From contig JBKHHH010000001.1 in the NCBI GenBank assembly GCA_046539285.1, positions 1 through 44,690 of the forward strand: a stretch of DNA of 44,690 bases. The letters run 5' to 3'. This stretch comes from Candidatus Aenigmatarchaeota archaeon (GTDB lineage Archaea; Aenigmatarchaeota; Aenigmatarchaeia; PWEA01). Shown here piece after piece: positions 43,173 through 44,690 of this stretch. Below the pieces are notes generated by a model, which saw nothing but the letters and a program-made list of their open reading frames with translations, had not been told where the DNA came from and searched no databases. How positions within the stretch are numbered: the first letter of the stretch is position 1; each line of letters begins with the position of its first letter. The translations under genes were made by a program, and so were the position numbers.

Positions 43173-43337
43173 TTAAGGACCGACAAATCCGCACTCTTCG
43201 CACTCGTAGCTGTTCTTCTTTCGCTTGCATTTTTTGCAGCGGATGATCGTCGTCTCGCCGCAGTCGGGACAGTCGAACTTGACAAAGTTGTCCTTTCCGA
43301 CGAGGTTCGTGCCGCATGAACTACACTTTATTTCCAT
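43173..43337 (-). CDS. Small four-CxxC zinc-ribbon protein (COG2888/DUF1610-like, 54 aa), not in the ORF track
   Basis: Hand translation gives MEIKCSSCGTNLVGKDNFVKFDCPDCGETTIIRCKKCKRKKNSYECEECGFVGP*. It is the first gene of the S12-S7-EF2 unit. The track ORF 43099..43317 is in a different frame. Confidence 0.7.
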   Translation of the reverse strand: MEIKCSSCGTNLVGKDNFVKFDCPDCGETTIIRCKKCKRKKNSYECEECGFVGP

Positions 43338-43370
43338 TGTATCACGTTTTTCTAAAGTTTGGATTTGAGG

Positions 43371-43385
43371 TATTTAAATTTATAC
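43371..43385 (-). promoter_or_regulatory. TATA-box candidate for the Zn-ribbon-S12-S7-EF2 unit
   Basis: Minus strand GTATAAATTTAAATA lies about 35-45 nt upstream of the ATG at 43337. Confidence 0.35.
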
Positions 43386-43430
43386 TCAGCTTCCCTCTCT
43401 ATTGCTGGTCTAAACTTTTTAAATCTTTCA

Positions 43431-43856
43431 TCAAAGGCCTTTCAGTTTTTCTTCTAATTTTTCGCTGTTCTCGTCGTAAAATTCAAGATTTTCAACCATA
43501 TTTTCTTCGCTGATACTCAGTCTTTCACGATCATGGATTTTGACCTTTGAGCCGGATATGTGGTAGCGCGGCGTCACCACGCCCCTCTTCTTCAGTAGTT
43601 CATAGGTATCGTTTTTCATGTTGAGATATACCTCACCTACTTCGAAGCTCCCGTCTTCCTGATGCCCGTAGTCCTCCAGACGAACTTCTATCTGTATCCC
43701 GGTTCTTGCCTCGGTTTCCAGGAATAGATCACCCTTTAACCAGGGCTTCTGCCAGGAAATAATCGTCCCTTCCAGACTCTCTTCTTCAAGTTTCTCTATT
43801 TCTTTCTCCTCCAAGTAGACTTCTATGTCCCGCTGCCTTCCAATCGATCCGATCAT
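43431..43856 (-). CDS. Hypothetical protein, unknown function (start ATG 43856 or GTG 43868)
   Basis: 141-145 aa ORF, E-rich, no recognisable motifs. Confidence 0.45.
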   Translation of the reverse strand: MIGSIGRQRDIEVYLEEKEIEKLEEESLEGTIISWQKPWLKGDLFLETEARTGIQIEVRLEDYGHQEDGSFEVGEVYLNMKNDTYELLKKRGVVTPRYHISGSKVKIHDRERLSISEENMVENLEFYDENSEKLEEKLKGL

Positions 43857-43955
43857 AAGATGCTCCACTGTGTAGGATTGCCGCTAAAATTTATATGCAT
43901 TTCCCACAGCCGATTTTAATAAATTAGAAACAACTATATAGAGTAGGAGGATAGG

Positions 43956-44690
43956 ATGGATATAAAGATAGTCGGTGGTGGTGCAGCCGGTCTGATCTCG
44001 GCCCTCTACCTCAGGAAACTGGACAAGGCTGAGATAACTGTTTACGAGAAACAGACCCGCGACAGTTACGAGTCAACACCTTGCGGCGAAGGAATCTCCT
44101 TCGACAAGATAAGCGAACTCAGGGAAGAAACCGGTTTCGATTCCTTTCCCCATGTCTCAAAGGAGGTCAGAGGCATCGAGCTGATCTGTCCGAACATGAC
44201 CTCGAGTTACGTCCACAAGGAGGGCGCGGTTCTGAACAGAGACGGGTGGCAGAGGACGATGATCGAGTTCCTTGAAGAGAGAGGAGTCCAGTTCCGGTTC
44301 GATCAAGAGATAGAAAGCAGCGACGATTTAGATTACGACATCCTGGTCGGCGCCGAGGGGCCGGTTTCGAAGATAAGACAGGAGATCGGAGGAAGTATAG
44401 ACGTCTTCTCGTCCGTCCAGTATAAGATGAAGCTGGACAGAAGTCCGGATTATCTGGAGTTCTACGCCGACAAAATGTTTGACGGGGGCTACGGGTGGGT
44501 CTTTCCCAAGGAGAAAATGGCCAACGTTGGCTGCGAGGGAAGTTTCAAGAGATTGGATAGATTTCTCGAAAAGTACGATATTGACGGCGAAATAATTGAA
44601 AAGCAGGCCTATCCCATCGGCGTCAGCGGTACTAAACAACAAGAAGGCAGCATATACATTATAGGCGGGGCCGGTGGCCTGACCAACGCC
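43956..44690 (+). CDS. Geranylgeranyl reductase family FAD-dependent oxidoreductase (partial, runs off window end)
   Basis: GGAGG SD lies 6 nt before the ATG. Has the FAD motif IVGGGAAGL, then GAEGPVSKIR and GGYGWVFPK, typical of the GGR family. The frame is open to the window end. Confidence 0.8.
   Translation, partial: MDIKIVGGGAAGLISALYLRKLDKAEITVYEKQTRDSYESTPCGEGISFDKISELREETGFDSFPHVSKEVRGIELICPNMTSSYVHKEGAVLNRDGWQRTMIEFLEERGVQFRFDQEIESSDDLDYDILVGAEGPVSKIRQEIGGSIDVFSSVQYKMKLDRSPDYLEFYADKMFDGGYGWVFPKEKMANVGCEGSFKRLDRFLEKYDIDGEIIEKQAYPIGVSGTKQQEGSIYIIGGAGGLTNA

Noticed and set aside
43099-43317. Track ORF 43099..43317 (-), 72 aa.
   Set aside because: It overlaps the rps12 start and is Arg-rich nonsense. 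A different frame gives a clean 54-aa four-CxxC zinc ribbon (43173..43337) with a proper ATG.
1-44690. CRISPR arrays, transposases or IS ends, integrases, toxin-antitoxin or defence-island genes, inteins.
   Set aside because: I found no direct-repeat/spacer periodicity and no terminal inverted repeats flanking ORFs. No ORF has recombinase, nuclease or defence-type motifs. The window is core housekeeping sequence throughout.

Overview
Compact archaeal chromosome segment. RNA polymerase is split into A'/A'' and B'/B'', with subunits H, N and D, aEF-1alpha/aEF-2/aEF-1beta, aIF1, archaeal-only r-proteins and an LSm protein. The acidic hypothetical proteins and missing housekeeping genes suggest a small-genome, possibly halophilic DPANN-like lineage, but that is inference only. 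From about 8.2 kb to 43.3 kb every gene lies on the minus strand. Together they form one continuous information-processing cluster: Zn-ribbon, S12, S7, EF-2, unknown gene, EF-1alpha, S10, tRNA, L3 through L15 (S10/spc block), SecY, DUF106, Cbf5, Trm112-like, tRNA, S13, S4, S11, RpoD, tRNA, L18e, L13, S9, RpoN, membrane protein, 5S rRNA, tRNA-Asp, tRNA-Lys, RpoH, B'', B', A', A'', NusA, tRNA-Lys. The flanks carry ThiI-like, PyrG, Mpg, a K+ channel, a METTL5-like methylase, S8e, LSm, L37e, aEF-1beta and a geranylgeranyl reductase fragment. No CRISPR array, transposase, integrase or defence-type gene was seen. The most unusual content is RNA-level. Six of the seven tRNA genes are interrupted, with 11 introns in total. 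These include non-canonical D-loop, variable-arm and T-loop introns, one tRNA-Ser with three introns, and a structured 118-nt T-loop intron. Several six-frame track ORFs are artefacts lying over these genes. Other notable points: aIF1 has a conserved N-terminal zinc-knuckle coding region with no ATG/GTG/TTG start and sits in frame behind the L29 TGA stop. L24 is fused to a C2H2 zinc finger. An unannotated CPxCG zinc-ribbon ORF is inserted between L32e and L19e. The ThiI-like protein has a degenerate PP-loop. The K+ channel has a non-canonical selectivity filter. Four short genes missed by the ORF track (S14, two zinc ribbons, a small membrane protein) were recovered by hand translation.
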